Shown one piece after another: positions 53,560 through 64,000 of a stretch of 64,000 bases of DNA. The stretch is from the human T2T-CHM13v2.0 reference genome, Homo sapiens. Location of the stretch: the NCBI RefSeq assembly GCF_009914755.1, contig NC_060931.1; one strand, 5' to 3'. A model generated the notes under the pieces. That model worked only from the letters and a program-made list of their open reading frames with translations, made no database searches and was not told where the DNA came from. Position 1 is the first letter of the stretch, and each line of letters begins with the position of its first letter. The translations under genes and the position numbers were made by a program.

Positions 53560-54780
53560 CCCTCCATTCCTCCTCCTTCTCCCTTAGCCTGTGTTCTCAA
53601 GAACTTAAAACCTCTTCAACTCACACCTGACCTAAAACCTAAATGCCTTATTTTCTTCTACAATGCCACTCCACCCCAACACAAACTCAACAGTGGTTCC
53701 AAATAGCCAGAAAACGACACTTTCGATTTTTCCATCCTACAAGATCTAAATAATTCTTGTTGTAAAAGGGGCAAACGGTCTGAGGTGCCTGACGTCCAGG
53801 CATTATTTTACACATCGGTCCCTCCCTAGTCTCTGTTCCTAATGCAACTCATCCCAAATCTTCCTTCCCTCCTGCCTCTCCCCAGTCCCAACCCCAAGTG
53901 TCACTGAGTCTTTCTAATCTTCCTTTTCTACAGACCTATCTGACCTCTCCCCTCCTCACCAGGCCAGAAGGGGAGGAAGTCCCAATTCTTCCTCAGCCTC
54001 CACTCCTCCACCCTATAATCCTTTTATCACCTCCCCTCCTCACACCCAGTCTGGCTTACAGTTTAGTTCCATGACTAGCCTTCCCCCACCTGCCCAGCAA
54101 TTTCCTCTTAAAAAGGTGGCTGGAGCTAAAGTCATAGTCAAGGTTAATACTCCTTTTTCTTTATCCGACCTCTCCCAAATCAGTTAGCATTTAGGCTCTT
54201 TCATCAAATATGAAAAACCCAGCCCAGTTAATGGCTCATTCGGCAGCAACCCTGAGACACTTTACAGCCCTAGATCCTAAAAAGTCAAAAGGCCATCTTA
54301 TTCTCAATATACATTTTATTACCCAATCAGCTCCTGACATTAAATAAAACTCCAAAAATTAAATTCTGGCCCTTAAACCCCACAACAGGACTTAACCTCG
54401 GCTTCAAGGTGTACAATAATAGAGTAGAGGCAGCCAAGTAGCAACATATTTTTGAGTTGCAATTCCTTGCCTCCACTGTGAGACAAACCCCAGCCACATC
54501 TCCAGCACACAAGAACTTCCAAATGCCTGAACCGCAGCAGCCAGGTGTTCCTCCAGAACCACCCCCCAACCAGGAGCTTGCTACAAGTGCCAGAAATCTG
54601 GCCACCAGGCCAAGGAATGCCCACAGACCAGGATTCCTCCTAAGTCATGTCCCATCATGCAGGACCCCATTGGAAATTGGACTGTCCAACTCGCCTGGCA
54701 GCCACTCCCAGAGCCCCTGGAACTCGGCCCAAGGCTCTCTGACTCCTTCCCAGATCTTCTCGGCTTAGCAGCTGAAGACT
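53560..54780 (+). pseudogene. gag: HERV-H gag remnant
   Basis: NC CCHC zinc knuckle CYKCQKSGHQAKEC at ~54579-54620. The frame is disrupted and the boundaries are approximate. Confidence 0.75.
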
Positions 54781-54789
54781 GACGCTGCC

Positions 54790-55100
54790 TGATGACCTCA
54801 GAAGCCTACAGGACCATCACAGAAGCTCTAGGTAATTCTCACAGTGGAAAGTAAGTCCGTCCCCTTCTTAATCAATACAGAGGCTACCCACTCCACATTA
54901 CCTTATTTTCAAAGGCCTGTTTCCCTTGCCTCCATAACTGTTGTAGGTACTGATGGCCAGGCTTCTAAACCTCTTAAAACTCCCCAACTCTGGTGCCAAC
55001 TCAGACAATGCTCTTTTAAGCACTCCTTTTTAGTTATCCCCACCTGCCCAGTTCCCTTATTAGGCTGAGACACTTTAACTAAATTATCTGCTTCCTGACT
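54790..55100 (+). pseudogene. pro: HERV-H protease remnant
   Basis: VPFLINTEATHSTLP (a degenerate DTG active-site motif) and PTCPVPLLG. Confidence 0.8.
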
Positions 55101-55199
55101 ATTCCTGGACTACAGCCACACCTCATTGCCACCTTTTCCCCCAGTTCAAAGCCTCCTTCACATCCTCCCCTTGTATCTCCCCACCTTAGCCCACAAGTA

Positions 55200-57260
55200 T
55201 AGGATACCTCTACTCCCTCCTTGGTGACCGATCATGCACCCCTTACCATCTCAGTAAAATCTAATCACCCTTTCCCCACTCAATGCCAATATCCCATTCC
55301 ACAGCATGCTTTAAAAGGATTAAAGCCTGTTATCACTCACCTGCTACAGCATGGCCTTTTAAAGCCTATAAACTCCCCTTACAATTCCCCCATTTCACCT
55401 GTCCTAAAACCAGACAAGGCTTACAGGTTAGTTCAGGATCTGCGCCTTATCAACCAGATTGTTTTGCCTATCTACCCCATGGTGCCAAACCATATACTCT
55501 CCTATCCTCAATACCTCCCTCCACAATCCATTATTCTGTTCTAGATCTCAAACATGCTTTCTTTACTATTCCCTTGCACCCTTCATCCCAACCTGTATTC
55601 GCTTTCACTTGGACTGACCCTGACACCCATCAGGCTCAGCAAATTACCCGGGCTGTACTACCGCAAAGCTTCACAGACAGCCCCCATTACTTCAATCAAG
55701 CCCAAATTTCTTCCTCATCTGTTACCTATCTCGGCTTAATTCTCATAAAAACACACGCGCTCTCCCTGCCAATCGTGTCTGACTGATCTCTCAAACCCCA
55801 GCACATTCTATAAAACAACTCCTTTCCTTCCTAGGCATGGTTAGATACTTTCGACTTTAGATAGATACCTGGTTTTGCCATCCTAACAAAACTATTATAT
55901 AAACTTACAAAAGGAAACCTAGCTGACCCCATAGATCCTAAATCCTTTCCCCACTCCTCTTTCCATTCCTTGAAGATAGCTTTAGAGACTGCCCCCAGCC
56001 TAGCTCTCCCTGACTGATCCCAACCCTTTTCATTACCCACAGCCGAAGTGCAGGGCTGTGCAGTCAGAATTCTTACACAAGAACCAGGAACGCTTCCTGT
56101 AGCCTTTTTATCCAAACAACTAGGCCTTACTGTTTTGCCTAGCCCTCAAGTCTGCGTGCGGCGGCCGCCACCGCCCTAATAATTTTAAAGGCCCTTAAAA
56201 TCACAAACTATGCTCAACTCACTCTCTACAGTTCTCATAACTTCCAAAATCTATTTTCTTCCTCTCACCTGACACATACTTTCTGCTCCCCAGCTCCTTC
56301 AGCTGTACTCACTTTGTTAAGTCTCCCACAAGCACCATTGTTCCTGGCCCAGACTTCAATCCAGCCTCCCACATTATTCCTGATACCACACCTAACCTCC
56401 ATGACTGTATCTCTCTGATCCACCTGACATTCACCCCATTTCCCCATATTTCCTTCTTTCCTGTTCCTTACCCTGATCACACTTAGTTTATTGATGGCAG
56501 TTCCACCAGGCCTAATTGCCACACACCAGCAAAGGCAGGCTATGCTGTAGTACAAGCCACTGGCCTGTCTCTTAGAACCTCTCATTTCCTTTCCATCGTA
56601 GGAATCTATCCTCAAGGAAATAACTTCTCAGTGTTCCATCTGCTATTCTACTACTTCTCAAGGATTATTCAGGCCCCCTCCCTTCCCTATACATCAAGCT
56701 CAGAGATTTGCCCCCGCCCAGGACTAGCAAATTGACTTTACTCAGCATGCCCTGAGTCAGGAAACTAAAATACCTCTTGGTCTAGGTAGACACTTTCACT
56801 GGGTAAGTAGAAGCCTTTCCCACAAGGTCTAAGAAGGCCACCACTCTCATTTCTTCCCTTCTGTCAGACATAATTCCTTGGTTTAGCCTTCCCACCTCTA
56901 TACAGTCCGATAGCAGACTGGCCTTTATTAGTCAAATTGGCTAAGCAGTTTTTCAGGCTCTTGGTATTCAGTGAAACCTTTATATCCCTTACAGTCCTCA
57001 GTCTTCAGGAAAGGTAGAACAGACTAAAAGTCTTTTAAAAACACACCTCACCAAGCTCAGCCACCAACTTAAAAAGACTAGACAATACTTTTACCACTTT
57101 CCCCTCTCAGAATTCAGGCCTGTCCTTAGAATGCTACAAAGTACTGCCCATTTGAGCTCCTGTATCGACGCTCCTTTTTATTAGGCCCCAGTCTCATTCC
57201 AGACACCAGACCAACTTAGACTGTGCCCCAAAAAACTTGTCATCCCTACTATTTTCTGTC
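55200..57260 (+). pseudogene. pol: HERV-H pol remnant (RT, RNase H, IN; internally deleted)
   Basis: RT motifs YNSPISPVLKPDKAYRLVQDLRLINQ, SVLDLKHAFFTIPLHP and LPQSFTDSPHYF, joined directly to AQISSSSVTYLG (the YxDD segment is absent). RNase H 'FIDGSS' and integrase QIDFT / VDTFTG / SSGKVE motifs follow. Confidence 0.85.
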
Positions 57261-57801
57261 TAATCATACTCCTATTCACCATTCTCAGCTACTCATACAT
57301 GCCCTGCTCTTGTTTACACTGCCAGTTTACACTGTTTCTCCAAGCCATCACAGCTGATATCTCCTAGTGCTATCCCCAAACCGCCACTCTTAACTCTTAA
57401 AGTAAATAATCTTTGCTGGCAGGACTATGCTGAATCTCCTTAAGCACTCTCTAATTAGATGCCCTAAGTCCTCCCAATTCTTAGTCCTTTAATACCTGTT
57501 TTACTCCTTCTCTTATTCCGTTTAGTTTTTCAATTCATACAAAACCGTATTCAGGCCATCACCAATAATTCTATACGACAAATGTTTCTTCTAACAACCC
57601 CACAATATCACCCCTTACCACAAAATCTTCCTTCAGCTTAATCTCTCCCACTCTAGGTTCCCACGCTGCCCCTAATCCCGCTCGAAGCAGCCCTGAGAAA
57701 CATCACCCATTCTCTCTCCATACCACCCCCCGCAAAAAAATTTTTTTTCTTCACTGCCTCAACGCTTCCATACTACTTTATGTTATTTTTCTTATTAATA
57801 T

Positions 57802-57814
57802 AAGAAGACAGGAA
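57802..57814 (+). other. polypurine tract
   Basis: aagaagacaggaa directly before the 3' LTR 'tgtcagg'. Confidence 0.8.
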
Positions 57815-58260
57815 TGTCAGGCCTCTGAGCCCAAGCTAAGCCATCGCATCCTCTGTGACCTGCATGTATACGCCCAGATGGCCTGAAACAACTGAAGAAT
57901 CACAAAGGAAGTGATTCTTCCTGCCTTAACTGATGACATTCCACCACAAAATAAGTGAAAATGGCCGGTCCTTGCCTTAAGTGATGACATTACCTTGTAA
58001 AATTCCTTTTCCTGGCTCATCCTGGCTGAAAAAGCTCCCCCACTGAGCACCTTGTGATCCCCAACCCTGACCACCAGAGAACAACCCCCTTTGACTGTAA
58101 TTTTCCTTTACCTACCCAAATCCTATAAAACGGCCCCACCCCTATCTCCCTGCGCTGACTCTCTTTTCGGACTCAGCCTGCCTGCACCCAGGTGAAATAA
58201 ACAGCCTTGTTGCTCACACAAAGCCTGTTTGGTGGTCTCTTCACACAGACACGCATGAAA
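57815..58260 (+). promoter_or_regulatory. 3' LTR7 with poly(A) signal
   Basis: Direct repeat of the 5' LTR. AATAAA at 58196-58201. Confidence 0.93.
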
Positions 58261-58414
58261 CATATATCTTATTGGCTCTGTACCTCTGCAGAACCCTGAA
58301 TAATACAGGGAATGTGAAGGCACTTGCTGGGTAGGGTGAAGCAGTTATGACACTTCGGAGGAAGTAGCTAAGTCTTGGTGCAGCTCTGTCAGTTGATATT
58401 GATGTTGAAGGTTT

Positions 58415-59037
58415 CTCAGTTTTTTATTGACTCTTGTTTCTCTTCTATGACATTTACATGTGTTAATTCTTATATAGTTCCCTACTTCCTCAGAAAGAAC
58501 AGAAAAACTGCAGTGGGCAGGAGTGAGAGGAATGCCAGTCCCCCACTGCTTTGGAACAAAGCTTTGTTCAATCTTTCCCCCTGGAAAACAGTCCTTTGTT
58601 ATGGAGAATGAATGACCAAGACATTTCCACAATATTACTGTTCTCCTGCCCCTGCCCAAGCCACAGAGTGATATTTCTTGGATTTTTACCACGAGAATGT
58701 GGTTGGATTCTTGGAAGCAAAACCCAGGAAATTGTTGGGGCACTCTTATATCTACATGCCCTCTTAGGAAATTCTCAATCTCAGTCCAGCAATTCAGCTT
58801 CAAACAATTTATTAAAATTAGCATTTAAGTGTACTTACTACTCTACGGTTCCAGTAGTGTTTGTTCTCAGTAAACGGTTCTCAGCTGTGACATTCAACAT
58901 TTGCCTGTGGAAACTCCTTTCTCTGCCACATCTAACAAGAGTCATTGATTTTGCATTTGTTCAGTATTTTCTTGTCATAAGGACACAGGTAACAACTTCC
59001 AGGATTTTTACATGTCAGTGCTGAAAGTGGAAACCTC
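58415..59037 (-). mobile_element. 5' portion of the L1MC-like host element
   Basis: Resumes the sequence interrupted at 46170. It ends with the old-L1 5'-end motif 'aagagtcattgattttgcatttgttcag...aacttccaggatttttacatgtcagtgctgaaagtggaaacc'. Confidence 0.55.
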
Positions 59038-60045
59038 CATTTAGAAAAATTGTTGATAATAATATGTTAAGGAAAAAATGATATGAAAGAAGAAACCTTT
59101 ATAAGTTACTTCTGTCTAATTCTCATCTTAGATCTGTTTAAGTACCTGAATCTATGTGTTTAATAGTGTGGTTAAGTTGTAGTTTTATGCTGATTTAATA
59201 AACCATAAAAGCAAAGGAATATTGGATTCAAATAAATGTGTAATTGAAATTCTGCAATTAATAATTTATGTTCCCCTTGTGTGGTTAGCCAAAATACTGG
59301 ATCCTGGATTAGTCTGGCTGCCAGTTATATCTCAAAGAATGTTTGAAAAAAAAATATGGCTAACACTTTTTAAAAGCCCCTTTTATTTTCTCATTTGTAA
59401 TATTCTACTTGTTTATTCTGAATGTTCACATTCATAGTCAGATGTGAGCAGTGTTTCCATTTTGGCCTATTCTAGGTACAAGCTTAAGTAAAGATAATAA
59501 AAGAAAACTGCTAACTCCAGTTTTCTAAATTCTCTTCTGAACCATTGAAGAATAATAACCCCCAAGAACACAACACTACATTTTTAAGGCAAAGTATTAG
59601 GCCAGCAGCAGACATTGTCCTCATTTTCTGCCTTCTCCACACAGCCATTGGCATTCTAGGCTATTTTTTTTTAGTCTGTGATCCCTATCATTAATGGGTT
59701 GGAACTGATACACAGCCAGTTCCACCCTGCACAGATGCAGGAACCGATGGAGGAAAACAAGGCTGAAAATAAGTACCTGTGATTTAAAAGAAAAAACAGT
59801 CATATCAAAGACAAAACATCAAGGCATTGTGAAAGCAAAGTATGATACAGCTGAGCTATGTTAGAGCACCAAAATGATTTAATTGACTACACATTAAAAA
59901 CAAAAGCTGTCTGCCCAATGGTTTTTAAAAGAAAAGCAATGATTAATAATGAGTTATTCATTTTAAAAATACTTCCTAATTACTTAGATATTCTTATATG
60001 AAAAATGATTTTTCTGCTAATAAAAGTCTATATTGTAATATTCAA

Positions 60046-60359
60046 AGAATTCTTATTAGTTATTAAAATGTATTAGTTAAGAATATGATAATTATATGAG
60101 TAATGCATCTTCATGGTTTTTAAAATATTCAGCTAACAAAGAGATTTTCTTTTCCCCTCCCCAATATACCCAAAGGCATACATTCAGAATTTAATACATA
60201 TTTTTCTGTAACTGTATTTTTTCACATAATAATACATTGGAACATCTTTCATTGTTAACATGTGTAGATTATTTTTGTTCTATGTAATTGCGTCTTTATG
60301 TTCCATTGGAAGATGTAGCATAATTTGTTACTTGAAAGTTTGTTTCATATTTTTTACTT
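60046..60359 (+). repeat. 314-bp direct repeat, copy 1
   Basis: 'agaattcttattagttattaaaatg...tttcatattttttactt' is ~97% identical to 62415-62727. Confidence 0.95.
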
Positions 60360-61334
60360 TGAATATTTTCAAAAGGAAGGAGTCTTAGGTAATTTGCATT
60401 TGTTTTTCTTCTGCTTTCTTTGTATAAAAATAGATATAAATAAGGACTGTGGAAAGCTTTGGGGATTGGCACTGGAAAATGTCTGCTTTTAGAAGTGTGG
60501 ATTTTCATAGATATATATTTTTGTTGTGACATTTTGTTTTGCCTTCAGTGAAAGTTTGCACTATTAAACCTTAAGATCAGGCTACAGAAAAGATTCACTA
60601 GAACTTCAAAAGCTTCTCTTTCTTGTACTCAAATATAAATGTCTCTGCATAAAAATTCTCAGCAACATCATTTGGCTCTTCTATGTGTTGCTGTTCTCAG
60701 TAACAAATTAATAAAGAAAAATTGCCCCAGGAGGCAAAATGTTGTCTCAACGGTACCATTTGGCATCTTCACACTGACTTCTCCAGAGCATTGCTGCTCT
60801 TATTAGTTCTGTGAAGGTGGAATATCACTGGAGCCTCAGGATAATGAAGGCAGTGGTTCCATTATGAAGAAGCAAGGCATTTTCCCAAAGTGGCCATCAA
60901 GCTGCTTGACAATGAGATAGATTTTCTCAGAAAAGATTAATGAAGTTCAAAAAGAAGTAGTGAGTACAGTTCTCCTTAGTATAATATAAAGCTTTTTCTT
61001 CTTCCACAGACAGAAGTGCTCAGTTCCCTTTTGTCATCTTTCCTCCTTTAAGCTTCAATAGCCACTTCATTAAGTGAAACAATGCTGTCACCATCCATCA
61101 TCTGCCAGGCTTCTAATTCCCAATACAGCCTGGTACTCTGCAATCCCAGCATGCAGGTCACAGTTTTCATCTGGATTTGCATTTGTATCTATGAATTCAT
61201 AATATCCATAAGTTTTCTAAGAATATTAAAAACATTGGAGTGAAAAGGAGCAAATATATGTTTCTCTATTCAATTCAGTTTCTAACACAGTTCATAATGT
61301 TTTCAGAATTTGTTTGGGGGGGAAAAGAATCTAA

Positions 61335-61420
61335 TTCTATTTTGTTCACAGATATAGTCCAATTCTCTAGGACAGTTCCTGGCACACAGTAGGCCCCCAA
61401 TATAATGTTGAATTGCTTGT
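61335..61420 (+). mobile_element. L2 3' terminal fragment
   Basis: 'ttttgttcacag...ctaggacagttcctggcacacagtaggcccccaatataatgttgaattg'. Confidence 0.65.
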
Positions 61421-62414
61421 AATACAAAACTTACAATCAGAAAACAGAGATAAATGCCAATTATTTGTATTGTGAAATACTATAATTTATGTTTAAGTCA
61501 TTATTAACAACAGATTTTATAACATTAGCTAATTCTATTTGTTAGAATCAGTACATGTTAAACGAGAAGACCATCTGACAATATAGAAACATAAAAACAA
61601 GTCTAAAAGAATCAAAAAGGAAAAGACTCAAAAGAATTATAACAAACAAGAGAAGGATTTGATGAAATATGATATTTGTTCACAATGTGTTGACTGATAT
61701 ATCAAGTTTTTTCCCTGTGTTGGTTCTCATTCCTCTAGGAGGCAATTCTGTCATTTTAAATTGGAAGCCTTTGATTATTCTCAAACATATAGTTTTTCTT
61801 CTTTATGATTAGACAATTAGGTATTTCCCACGGACATTTGAGGTTAAGGCACAAAAAAGATCTGATTTGAGCTATAACACCTAAATCTTCCCTTCTTCCC
61901 CACTCTACAGTTATGTTAATACAACTAAATAAATAGATCTTATTTTGTTTTATATACCCAAATAAATTAATGTTTCTAAAAGCATACAAGAGGAGGACAT
62001 AATACTCCATTGTCAATATCATTTATTCTAGGATAAATAACAATGTAGGACAGTTTCCTTATTTTGACAACAAATAGAATTTACGCATATATAATGGTCT
62101 GATTAAATGATTGAAGTTATTCTCATAATTCACGTGTGCAGATTCAAGGTTGTAGTAAATACTGTACAAGGGAGTCAGTGCAGGAAGGTAAGATCTGAAC
62201 TACTGTCCTCATCTCTGTAGCAATTCTAAATAAAAGTAGGTAGATACTTATGCATCAATGGTCAGTAATTAATAGCAATAAAAGTGATCAAATTGATATG
62301 TTAATGGAGGCTCCATGACTTTCTTCCAGCATTAAAAGAGAAAGATTTTTATCCTCCCAGTTGGTATATATCACTATATTATGATCAAACACTTCTCAGA
62401 AACCTCTGACATCT

Positions 62415-62727
62415 AGAATTCTTATTAGTTATTAAAATGTATTAGTTAAGAATATGATAATTATATGAGTAATGCATGTTCATGGTTTTTAAAATATTCA
62501 GCTAACAAAGAGATTTTCTTTTCCCCTCCCCAATATACCCGAATGCATACATTCAGAATTTAATACATATTTTTCTGTAACTGTATTTTTTCACATAATA
62601 ATATATTGGAAAATCTTTCATTGTTAACGTGTAGATTATTTTTGTTCTATGTAATTGCATCTTTATGTTCCATTGGAAGATGTAGCATAATTTGTTACTT
62701 CAAAGTTTGTTTCATATTTGTTTACTT
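62415..62727 (+). repeat. 314-bp direct repeat, copy 2
   Basis: Same sequence as 60046-60359 with about 9-10 differences. Confidence 0.95.
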
Positions 62728-62779
62728 CACATTGTTTGTTCATAAAGCTTATTTCATATTTGTTATATGAAAGTGTTTT

Positions 62780-64000
62780 TTTAAAAAAATACATCCACAT
62801 TGTAATAATTTTCAAATAGCCCAGAATAATATAAATTTAAAATAAAAGTCTTCATCTTCTCACTCACAAAGGTAACTAGTGGTAAACATTTGTTTTAGCT
62901 CTTCTGATATTTACTATTACATCTATCTTTAAGGGTTTTGAGTTTATTTACTATAATTAACTTTTTAGAGTATTGTTGATTCACCATCATGAATTAGAAC
63001 ACATGTGTTAACCCATGCCTCCTCATTCCCATATCTCTTCTAAGGGTTGTTTTCTTCATTTAATTATTATATCAAAACACCATATTTTGATTCATAAACT
63101 GTAGGCATGTCTTGTTGTCTATGTTAAATATTGCTGTAGTGGTTCTCCAAGCGCCTGTATTTTCACTTTTCACTGGATCATATCCATGTGCACAGAATGC
63201 TGCTGTTTCTCCTTCTTTAAAAAAATCTGTTTTTATTCCTACTTTTTTCCACCAGCTACTGTCTTTCCTCTATGTTATAGAAAAACTCCTTTGAAAAAGT
63301 TGGTTATACGTAGTGTCTCTAAATTCTGACTTCCCATTTAATTTTTCCATATTTATTTAAATACGTATCTGCTCTACCTTTTTCTAAGAAAGTTGTTTCA
63401 ATTCAAATGAGCCTCTGCATATTAAAGAGTATGTATGTTTATATTTTTCATGATTGCTGATTTATTCGGAATTACTTATTAGGTTTCAAAGGAATCTGTG
63501 CTTTTCAAAGGAGTGTTTAATCTATTTCTATTTATCAAAATTACTGATTTATATGAATTCACTTTAAATGTGGCATTCTGTGTTTTATATTTTCCATTAA
63601 TGCTTCCTTCATTTTCCTTCTTTGACTTCTCTTACACTGATTGAATTTCTTTCATTTTCGTTTTTCTTACTTTACGAGTTTGAATGAGAGAGTTCATATA
63701 CTTTTATGGTTCTATATATACTTTCAGGATTTTTTCCATTAATTTCAATAAAAAAGAACTACATATGTATATTTTCAGTAAATTAGAATATTTCTTTAAA
63801 ATTGTCAACTTCCTCTTTGCTAATTTCTATATTATCAACATCTAACATTTTAATTTAAAGTTGCTTTTAAATATCAAATTGAAATATGCTAATTAGCTTT
63901 CAAATATAACCATGATATCCATATTGTTATATGACTTATCAAAATACTTATTTACTTGTGTACCTGTTCTCCTTGTAACTCATTACAGTTGTCTCTAGGA
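62780..64000 (-). mobile_element. very old L1ME-like fragments
   Basis: T-rich decayed L1-like motifs, e.g. 'aaaggtaactagtggtaaacatttg' and 'ctattatcaacatctaacattttaattt'. Weak. Confidence 0.35.

Larger units (their letters stand above)
52602..58260 (+). mobile_element. HERV-H provirus (common ~5.7-kb deleted form) with two LTR7
   Basis: LTRs at 52602-53054 and 57815-58260, a His-tRNA PBS, gag/pro/pol remnants and a PPT. The flanking duplication is catatat on both sides, within a TA tract. Confidence 0.96.
52063..58307 (+). mobile_element. MLT2A (MLT2A2-like, HERV-L LTR) solo LTR split by HERV-H (52063-52601 and 58261-58307)
   Basis: Starts 'tgtgatagttaatattaggtgtcaatttgactg'. After the provirus it resumes as 'atatcttattggctctgtacctctgcagaaccctgaataataca'. 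Confidence 0.88.

Noticed and set aside
54457-55786. HERV-H ORFs of 74-167 aa as functional gag/pro/pol
   Set aside because: They are fragmented by stops and frameshifts. The protease lacks the catalytic Asp (INTEA) and the RT lacks the YxDD segment.
60046-62727. Novel LTR element bounded by the 314-bp direct repeats
   Set aside because: There are no TG/CA termini, PBS, PPT, TSD or coding remnants, and the interior contains old L2/MIR relics.

Overview
This is AT-rich, repeat-dominated human genomic DNA, either intergenic or deep intronic. A consensus-like AluYb8, a human-specific subfamily, identifies the species. I find no credible cellular protein-coding exon: the ORFs in the track are chance ORFs or fragments of L1, Alu and HERV-H. 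Main contents are: (1) a two-LTR ~5.7-kb HERV-H provirus (52602-58260) nested in an MLT2A LTR, inside an L1MA, inside an L1MC; (2) a full-length decayed L1PA15/16 (~25981-32729); (3) a tail-less internal L1PA fragment carrying an internally deleted MER11 solo LTR; (4) a twin-primed (5'-inverted) L1PA; (5) nine Alu copies or fragments, several MaLR/ERVL/ERV1 solo LTRs, Tigger3, MIR and L2 relics; (6) a 3'-truncated U1 snRNA retrocopy. I see no wholly new biological system. The best second-look items are a U1/unique/Alu chimeric insertion that replaces part of an L1, the doubly truncated microhomology-flanked L1 insertion, a ~97% identical 314-bp non-tandem duplication near the right end, an LTR7up-like SOX motif that is intact only in the 5' LTR of the HERV-H, and a possibly polymorphic AluYb8. 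Subfamily names come from remembered consensus sequences, and the boundaries of old elements are approximate.
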